Positions 47,214-57,850 of a stretch of 64,000 nt of DNA are shown in pieces; the first letter of the stretch is position 1, and every line of letters starts with the position of its first letter. Where the stretch lies: IMG/VR virus record IMGVR_UViG_3300046047_000103; one strand, given 5' to 3'. The stretch comes from a virus (Duplodnaviria > Heunggongvirae > Uroviricota > Caudoviricetes). The notes under the pieces are model-generated. The model was not told the DNA's origin and made no database searches. It worked only from the letters and a program-made list of their open reading frames with translations. The position numbers and the translations under genes are program-made.

Positions 47214-47651
47214 TTGCAGGAGTGCAGCGGCGTCCAGATGAAGATCTTAGGATTCAGGGGCATGAAGAGATGGACTACTGATCCATCATATGTGAGATCG
47301 AGTGACCCCAGGGTATGGAGGAACATGGATGACGATACCCTGAACACCCTGGTGTCAGTGCTGGATACGCAGCCCGATGACGATGAGAACTATCCCCTGC
47401 TCGATCTGCTTGACGAGCATCATTGCTATATTGTCGATGACCTGATGGTGGTCTCTCCACCGTCACCGGTAAGAATCGGTGACAGCTGGTGCATCCATGT
47501 AGCCAGGAATCTGAAATGGTTCGATGGTGTTGATGATGAGAACGCTGGATCCGACATGCAAGATCTGATCTCATATGAGGGCAAGGACATCTCATCCGTC
47601 ATTGATGATGACGGGCGTGTAGATCTTATCGTGAACGTGGATCAGTCATGA
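47214..47651 (+). CDS. hypothetical acidic protein
   Basis: 145-aa ORF. Its stop overlaps the next start. Confidence 0.4.
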   Translation: MQECSGVQMKILGFRGMKRWTTDPSYVRSSDPRVWRNMDDDTLNTLVSVLDTQPDDDENYPLLDLLDEHHCYIVDDLMVVSPPSPVRIGDSWCIHVARNLKWFDGVDDENAGSDMQDLISYEGKDISSVIDDDGRVDLIVNVDQS

Positions 47652-48085
47652 CCGTGATCACGTCCCCGGAGCGGATACCAGAGCATGCTGGCTGCTTCCT
47701 TGCCGGAGGGACATCGAACTGTCCTGACTGGCAGCATGATGTTCTCGCGACGCTGGATGCAGGTGACGGCAGGGTGATAGCAAACCCGCGGAGGAGAGGA
47801 TCGTTCCGCCCGGAGGATGCGGAGGATCAGATCACCTGGGAGTGGAATGCGATGCGGGTGAGCAGGATGATCTCATTCTGGTTCCCGTGCGAGACGCTGT
47901 GCCCGATCGCCCTATTCGAGCTTGGCAAGGCTATCATGAGGACAAGCGTGCGGACAGTCGTCGGCGTCCATCCCTCTTATGCCCGTAAGATGGACATTGA
48001 GACGCAATTAGGGCTGGAACGATCTGACATCATGATCGTGTACAGTCTTGATGACCTGTTGCGGATGATACGGATGACGATCTGA
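47648..48085 (+). CDS. nucleoside 2-deoxyribosyltransferase-like (Rcl/DNPH1-family) protein
   Basis: FLAGGTSNCPDWQ and CPIALFELGKAI resemble the family's Rossmann-like and G..E.G motifs. Confidence 0.4.
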   Translation: MTVITSPERIPEHAGCFLAGGTSNCPDWQHDVLATLDAGDGRVIANPRRRGSFRPEDAEDQITWEWNAMRVSRMISFWFPCETLCPIALFELGKAIMRTSVRTVVGVHPSYARKMDIETQLGLERSDIMIVYSLDDLLRMIRMTI

Positions 48086-48096
48086 TATCATTCATC

Positions 48097-48498
48097 ATGA
48101 ATGGTAATGATCGATGGGAGGTAAGCATGGACGAGAATGGTAAGATCACGTATGATGATCCGTCTAATAAGGATAGATCTGTGGCTAGTGAGAGTCAGGT
48201 GCGTAAAGATCGTTCACAGTATGCTTCCACGCAGATGCCAATCGACGTGAATGCTCCGGTGAAGTCTAAGATCGTTGCTGGTCTGTTAGGCGTCTTCCTC
48301 GGAATGTTCGGTGCCCATAACTTCTATCTCGGTAAGACGTCCAAGGCTATGACGCAGCTACTCATGACGGTATTATCGCTTGGAATCCTCAGCTTCGTGA
48401 GTGAGGCATGGGGCTTCATCGAGGGGATCATGATACTGTCTAGCCAGACCGGATCCCCATGGCATCTTGACGGGTATGGAAGAGATCTGACTGATTGA
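48097..48498 (+). CDS. TM2 domain membrane protein
   Basis: KSKIVAGLLGVFLGMFGAHNFYLGKTSKAMTQLL. Confidence 0.65.
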   Translation: MNGNDRWEVSMDENGKITYDDPSNKDRSVASESQVRKDRSQYASTQMPIDVNAPVKSKIVAGLLGVFLGMFGAHNFYLGKTSKAMTQLLMTVLSLGILSFVSEAWGFIEGIMILSSQTGSPWHLDGYGRDLTD

Positions 48499-48577
48499 TT
48501 TGATGAACGATCTGTGATTCTGTAAATAAGTTGCATGAATCCAGATTATGTGGTATAGTGAATTCTGTAAGGTTCGC

Positions 48578-48785
48578 GGCCATGTCGGAGAGTTCTTCTA
48601 CTCGCATAAAATCAATGCTCCGGCGCCTTCCACGATCTTCAGTAGTGATAATTGAATGAGGCCATCTGCAAGAGTTCTTCTCTTTTCATAGGATAAAAAA
48701 TGCTTGCAGGCTTTCCTCTATTCTTTTTGATCGTATTGGGGCGGTGGTCAGGAATGGCCATCGCCTTTTTCATACGATAATGATC
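48578..48785. promoter_or_regulatory. Three direct repeats of a ~40-bp motif (GGCCAT..TTCTTCT..TCATA.GATAA) upstream of the 837-aa ORF
   Basis: ggccatgtcggagagttcttctactcgcataaaatcaatgc / ggccatctgcaagagttcttctcttttcataggataaaaaatgc / ggccatcgcctttttcatacgataatgatc. Confidence 0.55.
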
Positions 48786-48795
48786 AGGAGGACAT

Positions 48796-51309
48796 ATGAG
48801 GGTTACCACGAGGGAAGAGCTTATCAACGGGAAGCATGAGAACGATCAGGGCGGATCTGACCATGCAGATCGGGATACGATCATTGACGATCGTTCCATT
48901 GCTGGCAAGGACGTGGGCTCACGCGAGGACACGATCATGTCAGATCTGTACAAGGCGAACAAGTATCTTGTCTTGAATAAGGGTCAGATCTTCATTCCGA
49001 AGACCGACCTGCTTGCCAGGATATCGGTTGACCATAAGACTGCCGGCCATGATGACCTCATTGCATTCACGGCGAACGCGATCTCCCTGAACTATGTGAT
49101 CAATTGGAGGGGAGGCCATGGCGACCCGGACGCAGATGATCTTTTCGGAGCGTTCGATGGGCTCAACCCGACAAGCGTGGGAGTGCTGGAGTCCGCGCTC
49201 AGCGTTCTGAAGGACTCCCGCGGAATCGTCGTCGACTATTCATACGAACCGATGTACCCCGACTTCCCGAAGCAGGTGGTCGAAGCGTCTGATGAAGAGC
49301 TGATCGTGAATGCGTTCATGCATTACCTCGGTGACCTGGTCGGTGCTCGCATCATGCCCGACTACAAGCCGTCTGACAGGCTCCCCCTCATTGATGGCGT
49401 GAAGCCGGTCTCTTTGACGGTGATTGATCAGGGTCCGCTGATCGAGGCGTACCAGACCGTGATCTCATCTGGTCAGGTATGGTCTGATGATCAGAAAGAC
49501 TTCGTGCGCGGCGTGGTCAGCGTCTTGGGGACATCAGTGACTGCACCGGCGCAGCCAGGATACCCGAAGATCAGGGAGAACGCCGTTCTGCTGTACTCCC
49601 TGTTCAAGAACGTCGTTCTTATCAAGAGCCCGACTGACGTTCTTCGTCTTGCTGCTCTGTACTCGGATGGTGACCCGTCGCTGGCCGCGCCAACAAGATT
49701 CAAGTTGACGAGGTCGCAGAGGCGTGAGATCATGCATCTGCTTACTAACGTGCTTACGCATAGTGAGGACAATGAGTTCATCAGTGATGAGTTCTATAAG
49801 CATGCGGAGGAATGGAAGCGTCTCGCCACCACGCTTCATCACTGGGAGCTGACGAAGAAGGATCAGGCGACGACGCAGGCGTCCCAATGGCTGAACAAGG
49901 TCCAGCAGGGCGAGTCAGAGTCGCTTGATGGACAGATCGATCGTGACTTCCAGGACATTCTGCATCCATCTGCTCTCAGGGCAGCGTACATCAGTAGTCC
50001 AAGCTATGATGGAAGACTTGACGGTTATGATCTTATCAAGGATCTGAGCAAGCGTCCAGGCGTCTATGCTCGTCGTCTTGTCGAAGCTCTCCGTAAGACT
50101 CCGGTCGAGTATCACGATGCTATCATCAGTGGGTTCAAGAACGTGGCCGGGAGGATAAGCAATCGGGTTCTTATCCAGATGTGGGGTCTGTTCACGACTC
50201 GGATCGAGGGCAAGGTGACCGACCTGCCGATGAGATCTGTCATCGAGAGAACAGCGCATGGTCAGAAGAGCGTTCTGATCGATAACAAGATCTTCGATGA
50301 CGTGACGGTTGATGAGGCTAGGAAGATCGTATCCATCATCGAGGAAGCGCTGACCTCCCATAAGAAGCAGATCTTGACGAAGTTCATTGATGACAAGAAT
50401 AGCTCGTACGTGGTTCCGATGGGCGTGTCGTCAGCAAGCTCTGGCGTGCGGATCATTGGACGCGGATCTAGGTTCAAGATCAGTGACTGGTCCAGGGACA
50501 AGGTGGTAAGGCTCTTCGTCCACTGGCACGATCTTACCGAACCCGATCTGGATTCATACGACAATTCAAGAGTAGATCTTGATCTGTCGGCCGTGCTCTA
50601 TTCATACGATCTGAAGACGTCAAGGCAGGTGTCATACACGAATCTGCGTGAGGGCCGCGCCGTGCATTCAGGCGACATCACGAGCGCACCTGAAGGCGCG
50701 TCTGAGTTCATTGACATACCGGTGAGGGAGGCTCTGGCTTCAGGCGTGCGGTACGTGATGCCATCAGTCTACTCGTTCACGCGCCAGAGGTTCTCTACTA
50801 TTCCGGAGGCGTGGGCTGGCGTCATGATGAAGACGGAGCTTGGTCAGCAGACCGGTGAGATCTTTGACGCCAGGACGGTTGCACAGAAGTGGGATCTGAC
50901 GAAGAACTCCATGAACTTGACCCCATTCGCGCTTGACATGCAGACAGGTGAGGTCATCTGGATGGACTCTGATGTCGGATCAGATCAGTACTTGAACAGG
51001 GTTGACGGGAATGAGAACATGCTCGCTCTCCAGCTCCGATCCGCGCTGTACACTCGTGTGATGCCGGTACGGAAGGCCGTGGAGCTGCTGTCCAATCCGG
51101 TTGCACCTGCGGGAGGTCTCCCGACCCCGTCCACGATCCATTCTAAGATGCTTAAGGTCGTGAATGGAAGGAAGTTCCCCTCCGCAGATCTTCCAGACAA
51201 GGCTATCATCAAGAAGGCGAATCCGTCCGACAAGGACTATGATTCCAGCAGCATGAGGACCATCCGTGGTGACGACGCCGCCGCGATCTTGTCACTGATG
51301 TCAGATTGA
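48796..51309 (+). CDS. large hypothetical protein
   Basis: 837-aa ORF after a CAGGAGG RBS. Confidence 0.55.
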   Translation: MRVTTREELINGKHENDQGGSDHADRDTIIDDRSIAGKDVGSREDTIMSDLYKANKYLVLNKGQIFIPKTDLLARISVDHKTAGHDDLIAFTANAISLNYVINWRGGHGDPDADDLFGAFDGLNPTSVGVLESALSVLKDSRGIVVDYSYEPMYPDFPKQVVEASDEELIVNAFMHYLGDLVGARIMPDYKPSDRLPLIDGVKPVSLTVIDQGPLIEAYQTVISSGQVWSDDQKDFVRGVVSVLGTSVTAPAQPGYPKIRENAVLLYSLFKNVVLIKSPTDVLRLAALYSDGDPSLAAPTRFKLTRSQRREIMHLLTNVLTHSEDNEFISDEFYKHAEEWKRLATTLHHWELTKKDQATTQASQWLNKVQQGESESLDGQIDRDFQDILHPSALRAAYISSPSYDGRLDGYDLIKDLSKRPGVYARRLVEALRKTPVEYHDAIISGFKNVAGRISNRVLIQMWGLFTTRIEGKVTDLPMRSVIERTAHGQKSVLIDNKIFDDVTVDEARKIVSIIEEALTSHKKQILTKFIDDKNSSYVVPMGVSSASSGVRIIGRGSRFKISDWSRDKVVRLFVHWHDLTEPDLDSYDNSRVDLDLSAVLYSYDLKTSRQVSYTNLREGRAVHSGDITSAPEGASEFIDIPVREALASGVRYVMPSVYSFTRQRFSTIPEAWAGVMMKTELGQQTGEIFDARTVAQKWDLTKNSMNLTPFALDMQTGEVIWMDSDVGSDQYLNRVDGNENMLALQLRSALYTRVMPVRKAVELLSNPVAPAGGLPTPSTIHSKMLKVVNGRKFPSADLPDKAIIKKANPSDKDYDSSSMRTIRGDDAAAILSLMSD

Positions 51310-51331
51310 TCACGCAAGGAGAGGAAAGACA

Positions 51332-52324
51332 ATGGAATCGTTAACCATCCATATGACCAAGACCGTCAAGCCTTATAAGGCAAGGAATGGTGAGATCTTG
51401 GTACGGCTCCCGTTCTCACGGATGTCCCCAGATGAGATCTCTGACCTAGATCTGAGAGATCTGGACGCCGGATCTGCCGTCATCATCTTTGATGATCATG
51501 ACGTTTCATACGCTGGAGCTGTGAAGAACGTGACTCAGAATATGATCATCGTGGTGCTGGATGAGGACACTGAGGACGATGCTGGCAATGATCATCCGGC
51601 CGGCGAACCTGCTGATCGCGCATCTGCTCCACCGGCCGCGCCTGATGAAGATGCCGGTGATGATCCATCCGATGCCCGGCCGTCACCGTTCGTGAGGGTC
51701 AAGACGTGGCTCGGTGATCTTGGTGACAAGTTGTATGATGCGCTTCCAGATTCGATCCGGTCTGTCTACTGGTGGCTGCATCGGAATGTCTCCAATGGCA
51801 GATCTGCCGTGAAGCATGCTGGTCAGCGGGCGATCAGGGGATATGACGATCTCACCCTGTGGAATCTTGGCGGATCAGAGCTTGAACGATTGGCCAATCT
51901 GCTTCATGTCTTCGCCATGCATACTCACGGGTACCCGGCTGCGTACATCGAAGATGACTCGGATCTTGGTATCAGGAATGGCCGCAAGCATTGGCTGAAC
52001 AAGCATCTTGAAGACAATGCAGAATGGTTGAGGTCGTCTGCCCTCGGCGTCCCCAGTCATCTTTACGATGACAAGAGGAAACTGTCCGAGCATGATCTGA
52101 ACATGACCGTGAAGGAGTATTCTCCGGCTGCTGCCGCATGGAGTCAAGATCTTGAGTATGCATCGATAGTGATCCGTGAATACTTGAGAGTGAATAATGA
52201 TGTTGACCATATCATGGATCGTGATGATAAGCTCGGGACGAGGAATCATTATGATAAGGTGGAGAAGGAGTTCCATAGGGTGTGGACATGGCTCGGTACG
52301 GTCATGCTGGGCATCTGGGACTGA
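51332..52324 (+). CDS. hypothetical protein
   Basis: 330-aa ORF. Confidence 0.5.
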   Translation: MESLTIHMTKTVKPYKARNGEILVRLPFSRMSPDEISDLDLRDLDAGSAVIIFDDHDVSYAGAVKNVTQNMIIVVLDEDTEDDAGNDHPAGEPADRASAPPAAPDEDAGDDPSDARPSPFVRVKTWLGDLGDKLYDALPDSIRSVYWWLHRNVSNGRSAVKHAGQRAIRGYDDLTLWNLGGSELERLANLLHVFAMHTHGYPAAYIEDDSDLGIRNGRKHWLNKHLEDNAEWLRSSALGVPSHLYDDKRKLSEHDLNMTVKEYSPAAAAWSQDLEYASIVIREYLRVNNDVDHIMDRDDKLGTRNHYDKVEKEFHRVWTWLGTVMLGIWD

Positions 52325-52341
52325 CGGAAGATCGGAGGATC

Positions 52342-53211
52342 ATGTTACGTACGCGGAGGGGAGCTCATGCCGCTGGAAGGTTCAGGCACCGGAGGGAACG
52401 GCACGCGATCCATGCTCGTCAGGGCGCGGTGACGGCAGCTGCTGTCACCAGCGTGATCCCGATAATCATCTTGTCAGCACCGTTGCTGATGTCCGTGAAG
52501 ACCTATGCAGCGCCCTCAGGATCGTCCTCATCTTCCAGAGTGAAGCAGGCCGGTAGTGTCAGGGATAAGATTGTCTCATACTCCGTGTCCTCGGAGAAGC
52601 AATCATTCTGGGATCTTAACGATGGAGATCTTGACATCCCGTACTCACCGACGGCGCTTGAACAGGCGGTCAAGGCCATGTCGTCTAGGCGTGCTGAAGA
52701 TCTGGATAGAGTGCAAGCATTCATATCGTCAGAGAAGCCGGGGAACGATCTGGTGAAACCTGCCAAGCTTACGCTGACCGCACAGATCGTCAAGGGTCTG
52801 AACACGATGTATGAAGGCAAGACACCTGATGGATTCGATGCGAGTCATGAGGTTGACGATCATGGTAGCGCATATGAGTTCAGCCAGTGCACCTGGTGGG
52901 CGTATCTGCGGAGGCATCAGCTTGGCCTGCCGGTCGGATCGCATATGGGCAATGGGAACATGTGGGCAGACTCCGCCCGCGCTAGGGGATACTGGGTTGA
53001 TCATGATCCGCATGTTGGTGACATCATGGTCTTCAGATCTGGTCAGCTGGGGTCAGACCCTGTCTACGGTCATGTGGCAATCGTTGAAGATGTGGTCGTC
53101 GTCAATGGTGCGTCATACGTGATCACCTCGGAATCAGGTTCATCATTCAATGGTGTCCCGGTGTCACGGGTGATCGGTGACGTCAATGCATACAGCTATG
53201 TTCACTTCTGA
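52342..53211 (+). CDS. CHAP-domain peptidoglycan hydrolase with an N-terminal signal anchor
   Basis: Catalytic Cys in SQCTWWAY and His in GHVAIVED. Start moved to MLRTRRG after a GGAGGA RBS. Confidence 0.6.
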   Translation: MLRTRRGAHAAGRFRHRRERHAIHARQGAVTAAAVTSVIPIIILSAPLLMSVKTYAAPSGSSSSSRVKQAGSVRDKIVSYSVSSEKQSFWDLNDGDLDIPYSPTALEQAVKAMSSRRAEDLDRVQAFISSEKPGNDLVKPAKLTLTAQIVKGLNTMYEGKTPDGFDASHEVDDHGSAYEFSQCTWWAYLRRHQLGLPVGSHMGNGNMWADSARARGYWVDHDPHVGDIMVFRSGQLGSDPVYGHVAIVEDVVVVNGASYVITSESGSSFNGVPVSRVIGDVNAYSYVHF

Positions 53212-53245
53212 ATGAAAGTATGTTAGATGTGACATGTAAATCAAC

Positions 53246-53530
53246 GTGAGCAGAAGCCAGGAGCATCATATGAAGTATGTCATCGTCGATGGGCGGGTCA
53301 CGCCCTGTCGGGCAGCAGACCCGAATCATTGCCGGTATCATGTCGGCGCTACGCACTACGCTTCAAAGCACGATGCTACTGTAGAACTTGAACGGGAGAT
53401 CAGGAATGATGTCCCCGCGAAGAATGGTCTTAGGAAGAACGACGTCGTTGAAGAGGAGACCGTGAGATCATGCATCAAGACCGGCAAGCATCTTGTTGAC
53501 CTGGCCGCAGGTAGGGTCACTAAATGGTAG
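53246..53530 (+). CDS. small Cys/His-module family protein
   Basis: VIVDGRVTPCRAADPNHCRYH. Confidence 0.45.
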   Translation: MSRSQEHHMKYVIVDGRVTPCRAADPNHCRYHVGATHYASKHDATVELEREIRNDVPAKNGLRKNDVVEEETVRSCIKTGKHLVDLAAGRVTKW

Positions 53531-53580
53531 CATCTGAACGCAATCTGCGATGATGTGGCCATCCATGGACGGCAGCATGT

Positions 53581-53672
53581 CATCAGACGCATTCTAACGC
53601 GCCATAGACGTGAGATCACCAATGGTGTGAGTAAAAAAACGTGGTTGCGGTCAAGCGCGTTAGAAGGGCGTT
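53581..53672. repeat. Inverted-repeat element family, copy 3. It lies between convergent genes and probably acts as a bidirectional terminator.
   Basis: catcagacgcattctaacgcgccatagacgtgagatc...gtaaaaaaacg...cgcgttagaa. The ttctaacgcg/cgcgttagaa pair is a perfect inverted repeat. Confidence 0.6.
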
Positions 53673-54455
53673 CTATCGAATCTCACGCATAGAGTATATC
53701 TTGCGTGATCTAGGATCTGCGGGGTCAACCACCCCGACCTCATTCCAGAATCCCGCGTACTTGCGGCGGAAGTTCTTCCGATTCACGTCTGACTCCATGG
53801 AACCGAACAGCCCGCAGCGCAGACGGATCGCGTCGTCAAGCGTGAATTCATCTGGAAGCGTGTAGAAGACATTCGGTATCCAGTCGAACTGCTCCTGGAG
53901 TCTCCGGACAAGAACTTTCACCATAAGATCGTGATCGAATGCCAGTCCCCCGTTCACGGCGAGATCTAGCATCGGCACCCATTCGCCCTCAAGATCATTG
54001 ATCTTCCAGTTGATCGCGTCTTTCAGATAGATCGTATGCAGAATGCTGACGACTTGTCCGCGCGGATCACGATGCAGACCGGCGAACGTCCGGATCTGCT
54101 GGATACTGTACCGTGGCAGCGTATGGAACAGGTATCGCATCGTCCTATTCACCGCGTCCACAGCGTCGTTCTCATCTGTATGCAGGAATGTTCCCGTGAT
54201 GGCCATTGATCCCAGGAACGGATGCGTGGTCCGCTTCGTGACCAGCATCTTCAACGACTCGTTCGCAGGGCCATTGGGATCATATGTCAGCATAGCGCAG
54301 TCGACCGTGACATCAGGATGATCATACGCTTCCCGTCCAGCCGGCTCGCCCGGAGCCCTGTCCTTAGGATCTCGCGTCCACCACGCAAGCCATTCAGACT
54401 CCGTCGCTTCGCTCTCATACCATTGCTTGGTTCGTCTTGTCATGATCTCCTCCAA
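53673..54455 (-). CDS. hypothetical protein (weak Nudix-like resemblance)
   Basis: 260-aa ORF. Confidence 0.35.
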   Translation of the reverse strand: MEEIMTRRTKQWYESEATESEWLAWWTRDPKDRAPGEPAGREAYDHPDVTVDCAMLTYDPNGPANESLKMLVTKRTTHPFLGSMAITGTFLHTDENDAVDAVNRTMRYLFHTLPRYSIQQIRTFAGLHRDPRGQVVSILHTIYLKDAINWKINDLEGEWVPMLDLAVNGGLAFDHDLMVKVLVRRLQEQFDWIPNVFYTLPDEFTLDDAIRLRCGLFGSMESDVNRKNFRRKYAGFWNEVGVVDPADPRSRKIYSMREIR

Positions 54456-54572
54456 TTACGATGATGTGGTCATCGTGCGCACAGATTGATTCCATCGTAA
54501 CATAATGAGGTCAGAACGGAACCTTGTTGCAAGATCTTCGATCTGTTGATACTATAGGGTTATACCGTCTAT

Positions 54573-55022
54573 ATGGAGGATGAGATGACTGATCGCAAGA
54601 ATAATGATGACGATCTTGAAGTCCACGGCGCCGGGACTTCAAGTACTGCTCCAGTCGAGGAGGACAAGGATCCCGTCGTGTCGAGGGTCGGAGAGATCTT
54701 CGGTAAGGTGAAGCGTGGATGGGATGAGTACACGGCTGATGTCAGGGTTGCGGACGACCCTGCTTCCAGTGACAGCGCTGGCGACGAGCCGGCTGCACCT
54801 GCGCCGAGGGCTGAAGGTGTTAGCATCGTGCGCCGTGGCAGGGATGTAGCATCATCATTCCTGGATGGTCTTAAAGGGAGGAAGCATGGGCCGGCGACGC
54901 CGGGTCGTCACGGATCTGGGTTCAAGCTCGCCTTCAAGATCGTTGTCGGTATCTTCGCCGTACTGGGAGCGCTTGCCACGGTGAGTGCTGTACTTGACGC
55001 CTTCAAGTCAAGTCGCCATTAA
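54573..55022 (+). CDS. tail-anchored membrane protein
   Basis: C-terminal TM (FKIVVGIFAVLGALATVSAV). Confidence 0.4.
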   Translation: MEDEMTDRKNNDDDLEVHGAGTSSTAPVEEDKDPVVSRVGEIFGKVKRGWDEYTADVRVADDPASSDSAGDEPAAPAPRAEGVSIVRRGRDVASSFLDGLKGRKHGPATPGRHGSGFKLAFKIVVGIFAVLGALATVSAVLDAFKSSRH

Positions 55023-55043
55023 GTCGGGCAGGGCAATATCTTC

Positions 55044-56093
55044 ATGATGAGAACAGGAGGGAATGCAATGGCTCGTAAGAAGAATCCAGATCCATCTGAA
55101 TACAATAAGGGGCTGAAGAAATCAGAGCTTCTGCAACGGAGGATCTTCATCACGACCCTACTGTACATCGGAATGAATGAAGATCTTATCTCCGAGAAGC
55201 TGGAGATACCAATGAACATCATCATGGATGATCTGAACTGGATATTCATGAACAGGCCCGACGTGATCGCGCAGGCGAAGCAGCAGTTCATCGATCTGTG
55301 GAAGATCGATCCGAGTTCTGACATCACCAGCGAGTTCGCGGACAAGATCACGAAGGTCTATAGCGAGCTTGACCCCAAGACCCTGCAGGGCGCGTTGAAG
55401 CAGATGGAAGGGCTGAGTGAGTCTGAACCAGATCTGGATACGATCCTTGGCGCGGATGAAGACGCTGACGATGACGTTGACATGTTCCAGATGGATGAAG
55501 ATGAAGACGACGATGAGGACACGGATGAAGACCCTGTGGAGCGGAAGTCCACGCTGTCACCTGAGGAAGAGTCTGAGTTCAATGATCTGGCGAGTGAGCT
55601 CAATGGGATCAGTGCTGGCGTCTATAAGGACGTGTATCTTAAGGCCGCTATGATCGTATCAGTCCAATGGGTAGCCCGTCCAGTGCTTGGCGGTCACCTG
55701 TTCGGAAGGGTCAATATGATCAACAGCTTCCTGGACAGTGTGATGCAGGACGTGAAGACGGGGATGTATAAGCTGCATTCATCGCCAATGGTTATGGGCG
55801 TCGCGGCCACCCTCGTTGACGTCATCCATGGCGGTGGCAAGACGCTAGATCCGTCCGTCATGCTGGCCGTATCCCTCAGACCAGACTGGATGGCGAATGG
55901 GGGAGCGACCCGGGGAGCTAAGCCGGATGAGATCGAAGCGATCTCGACATGGTTCTCGGCGCTGAAGAGCAATGATCCGGAGGCCATGGCTTATGTCGAC
56001 TCGATACCGACCCCCATTGGAGTCCAGATCGATGATGAAGGCAATCTGACCCCGGGGAACCTGCCTCCAGATCTGGACGCAGGATCATGGTAG
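55044..56093 (+). CDS. hypothetical protein with an acidic central region
   Basis: 349-aa ORF. Confidence 0.45.
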   Translation: MMRTGGNAMARKKNPDPSEYNKGLKKSELLQRRIFITTLLYIGMNEDLISEKLEIPMNIIMDDLNWIFMNRPDVIAQAKQQFIDLWKIDPSSDITSEFADKITKVYSELDPKTLQGALKQMEGLSESEPDLDTILGADEDADDDVDMFQMDEDEDDDEDTDEDPVERKSTLSPEEESEFNDLASELNGISAGVYKDVYLKAAMIVSVQWVARPVLGGHLFGRVNMINSFLDSVMQDVKTGMYKLHSSPMVMGVAATLVDVIHGGGKTLDPSVMLAVSLRPDWMANGGATRGAKPDEIEAISTWFSALKSNDPEAMAYVDSIPTPIGVQIDDEGNLTPGNLPPDLDAGSW

Positions 56094-56114
56094 GCATGAC
56101 GTCGTGATGGTATT

Positions 56115-57284
56115 ATGATCATCATGGCAAAGAAATATGAAGAGCTGTATAAGAAGTACAGGCCGAGGACGTGGGATGAGATCGTCGGCCAGGACAAGAT
56201 CGTCAGTAATCTGAGATCTAGCGTGGCGAATGACAGGCTGGCCACCGCATACTTGTTCGCCGGCCCGTACGGCTGCGGTAAGACGACCACCGCGCTGATC
56301 TTCGCGAAGGCTATCAACTGTGAGCGCCCTGACGGCAAGGGCAATCCTTGCAATGAGTGCGCCACCTGCAAGTCTATTGACGCTGGGGCTAACATTGCTG
56401 TGCATTACGTAAGCGCGGCTAACTTCGAGGGTGGCGGCGTCAATGACATCAAATCGATCGTTGATCAGGCGAAGCGCCGGTCGGCCATAGCGAAGCCGAT
56501 ATGGATCATCGATGAGATCCAGAGACTGTCCCCGAATGCGAAGGACGCGCTTCTGATACCGCTTGAAGATCCCAGCATGCCATCGATCTTCATCTTCTGC
56601 ACGACCGAGATCGATCGGATCCCCGAGACGATCACGAGCCGTGTCCAGCAGAGAGCGTTCAAGCTGGTCTCAAGGAAGCGTCTTAAAGAGCTCTGCGTGA
56701 GCGTTCTCGCCCGTGAGGGCTATAAGCCGTCAACCGTGGACAATGCTGAAGAGCAGGATGCGGGCGGCAAGACCTTCACGGATGATCTTGTCAACAAGGT
56801 CATCAAGGACGCTGGAGTGACCTTCGAGGGTGGATCCGCCCGTCAAGTGCTTTCAGAGCTTGATCACATCTTGTCCACACCGGAGGCGTACAAGGCTGAC
56901 TGGACACGGATGATCGAGGCAGATCTGTTCCTTGACTCCGTGAAGAACCCTCTCGGCAACGCGACCAAGGCTCTTCTTGATCTGTCGAACGCGGTGTCTG
57001 ACGGAGTGAACGTGAAGACGCTGACGAGATCAATCGTAGACTTCATGAGGGAGATGGTTCTTATCTTGAGTCTTCCGGATGACATGGTGAAGACCTATCC
57101 GGCGAAGAGGGTGGACATGGCGAGAAGATTAGGTCCCGTCACCCTGCTGAAATGCTTCAAGATCATGGCGAAGGCGCAGCGAGACTCCACTCTTGACAAT
57201 GATACAAGAACATACTGTGAGGTCGCTCTGATAGAGATCAGCAGCATCCTCAGGAAGCGCAAGAAGGAACTGGAGACAGGCTGA
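56115..57284 (+). CDS. dnaX: DNA polymerase III gamma/tau-like clamp-loader subunit
   Basis: KYRPRTWDEIVGQ, AYLFAGPYGCGKTT, the zinc module NCERPDGKGNPCNECATC, IIDEIQRL, and the SRV sensor. Confidence 0.8.
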   Translation: MIIMAKKYEELYKKYRPRTWDEIVGQDKIVSNLRSSVANDRLATAYLFAGPYGCGKTTTALIFAKAINCERPDGKGNPCNECATCKSIDAGANIAVHYVSAANFEGGGVNDIKSIVDQAKRRSAIAKPIWIIDEIQRLSPNAKDALLIPLEDPSMPSIFIFCTTEIDRIPETITSRVQQRAFKLVSRKRLKELCVSVLAREGYKPSTVDNAEEQDAGGKTFTDDLVNKVIKDAGVTFEGGSARQVLSELDHILSTPEAYKADWTRMIEADLFLDSVKNPLGNATKALLDLSNAVSDGVNVKTLTRSIVDFMREMVLILSLPDDMVKTYPAKRVDMARRLGPVTLLKCFKIMAKAQRDSTLDNDTRTYCEVALIEISSILRKRKKELETG

Positions 57285-57850
57285 TGGCAATCTCGATACG
57301 ATACGCGGACGGATCATACCAGGTAGTGAATGGTGGTAAGACGGTGGCGCTAGACCCCGCGGCCGACGCTACTGTCCGCATCGTGGATACGATACTTGAC
57401 CATGATGCGTTCACCGGTCTTGCACCGTTGTATGATACAGATCTTGATTCAGATCCGTACAAGAATGGACTGCCTAAAGATGCGCTCACCGTCGACATCA
57501 ATGCCCTCAGCTGGATCGCGTGGAAGATCCGGAATGGTGAAGCCGTGGTTCCGGAGGGGAAGCGCGCTGCGCTGTCCTTCACCTATGTCAGACTGTATGA
57601 TCGTAGGGAGGTCACCATATCGGACGTATGGATCGTTGACGGATCTGAAGACGGGTCATCATTCCTTGTCGCCATCCGTGAAGATGGGTACATCGGTTAC
57701 CGTAGGTGCAGATTCGATGGGATCAGATCTGACATCACCGTCAAGATCATGGACGATGAAGACCCCGCCGTCGAAGGCAACGATCTTGACAACGTTGATC
57801 CGTTCCATGATGATCATAAGCGCGGCGTCTTGTCTAAGATCTTCGGCTGA
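57284..57850 (+). CDS. hypothetical protein
   Basis: 188-aa ORF. Confidence 0.45.
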   Translation: MAISIRYADGSYQVVNGGKTVALDPAADATVRIVDTILDHDAFTGLAPLYDTDLDSDPYKNGLPKDALTVDINALSWIAWKIRNGEAVVPEGKRAALSFTYVRLYDRREVTISDVWIVDGSEDGSSFLVAIREDGYIGYRRCRFDGIRSDITVKIMDDEDPAVEGNDLDNVDPFHDDHKRGVLSKIFG

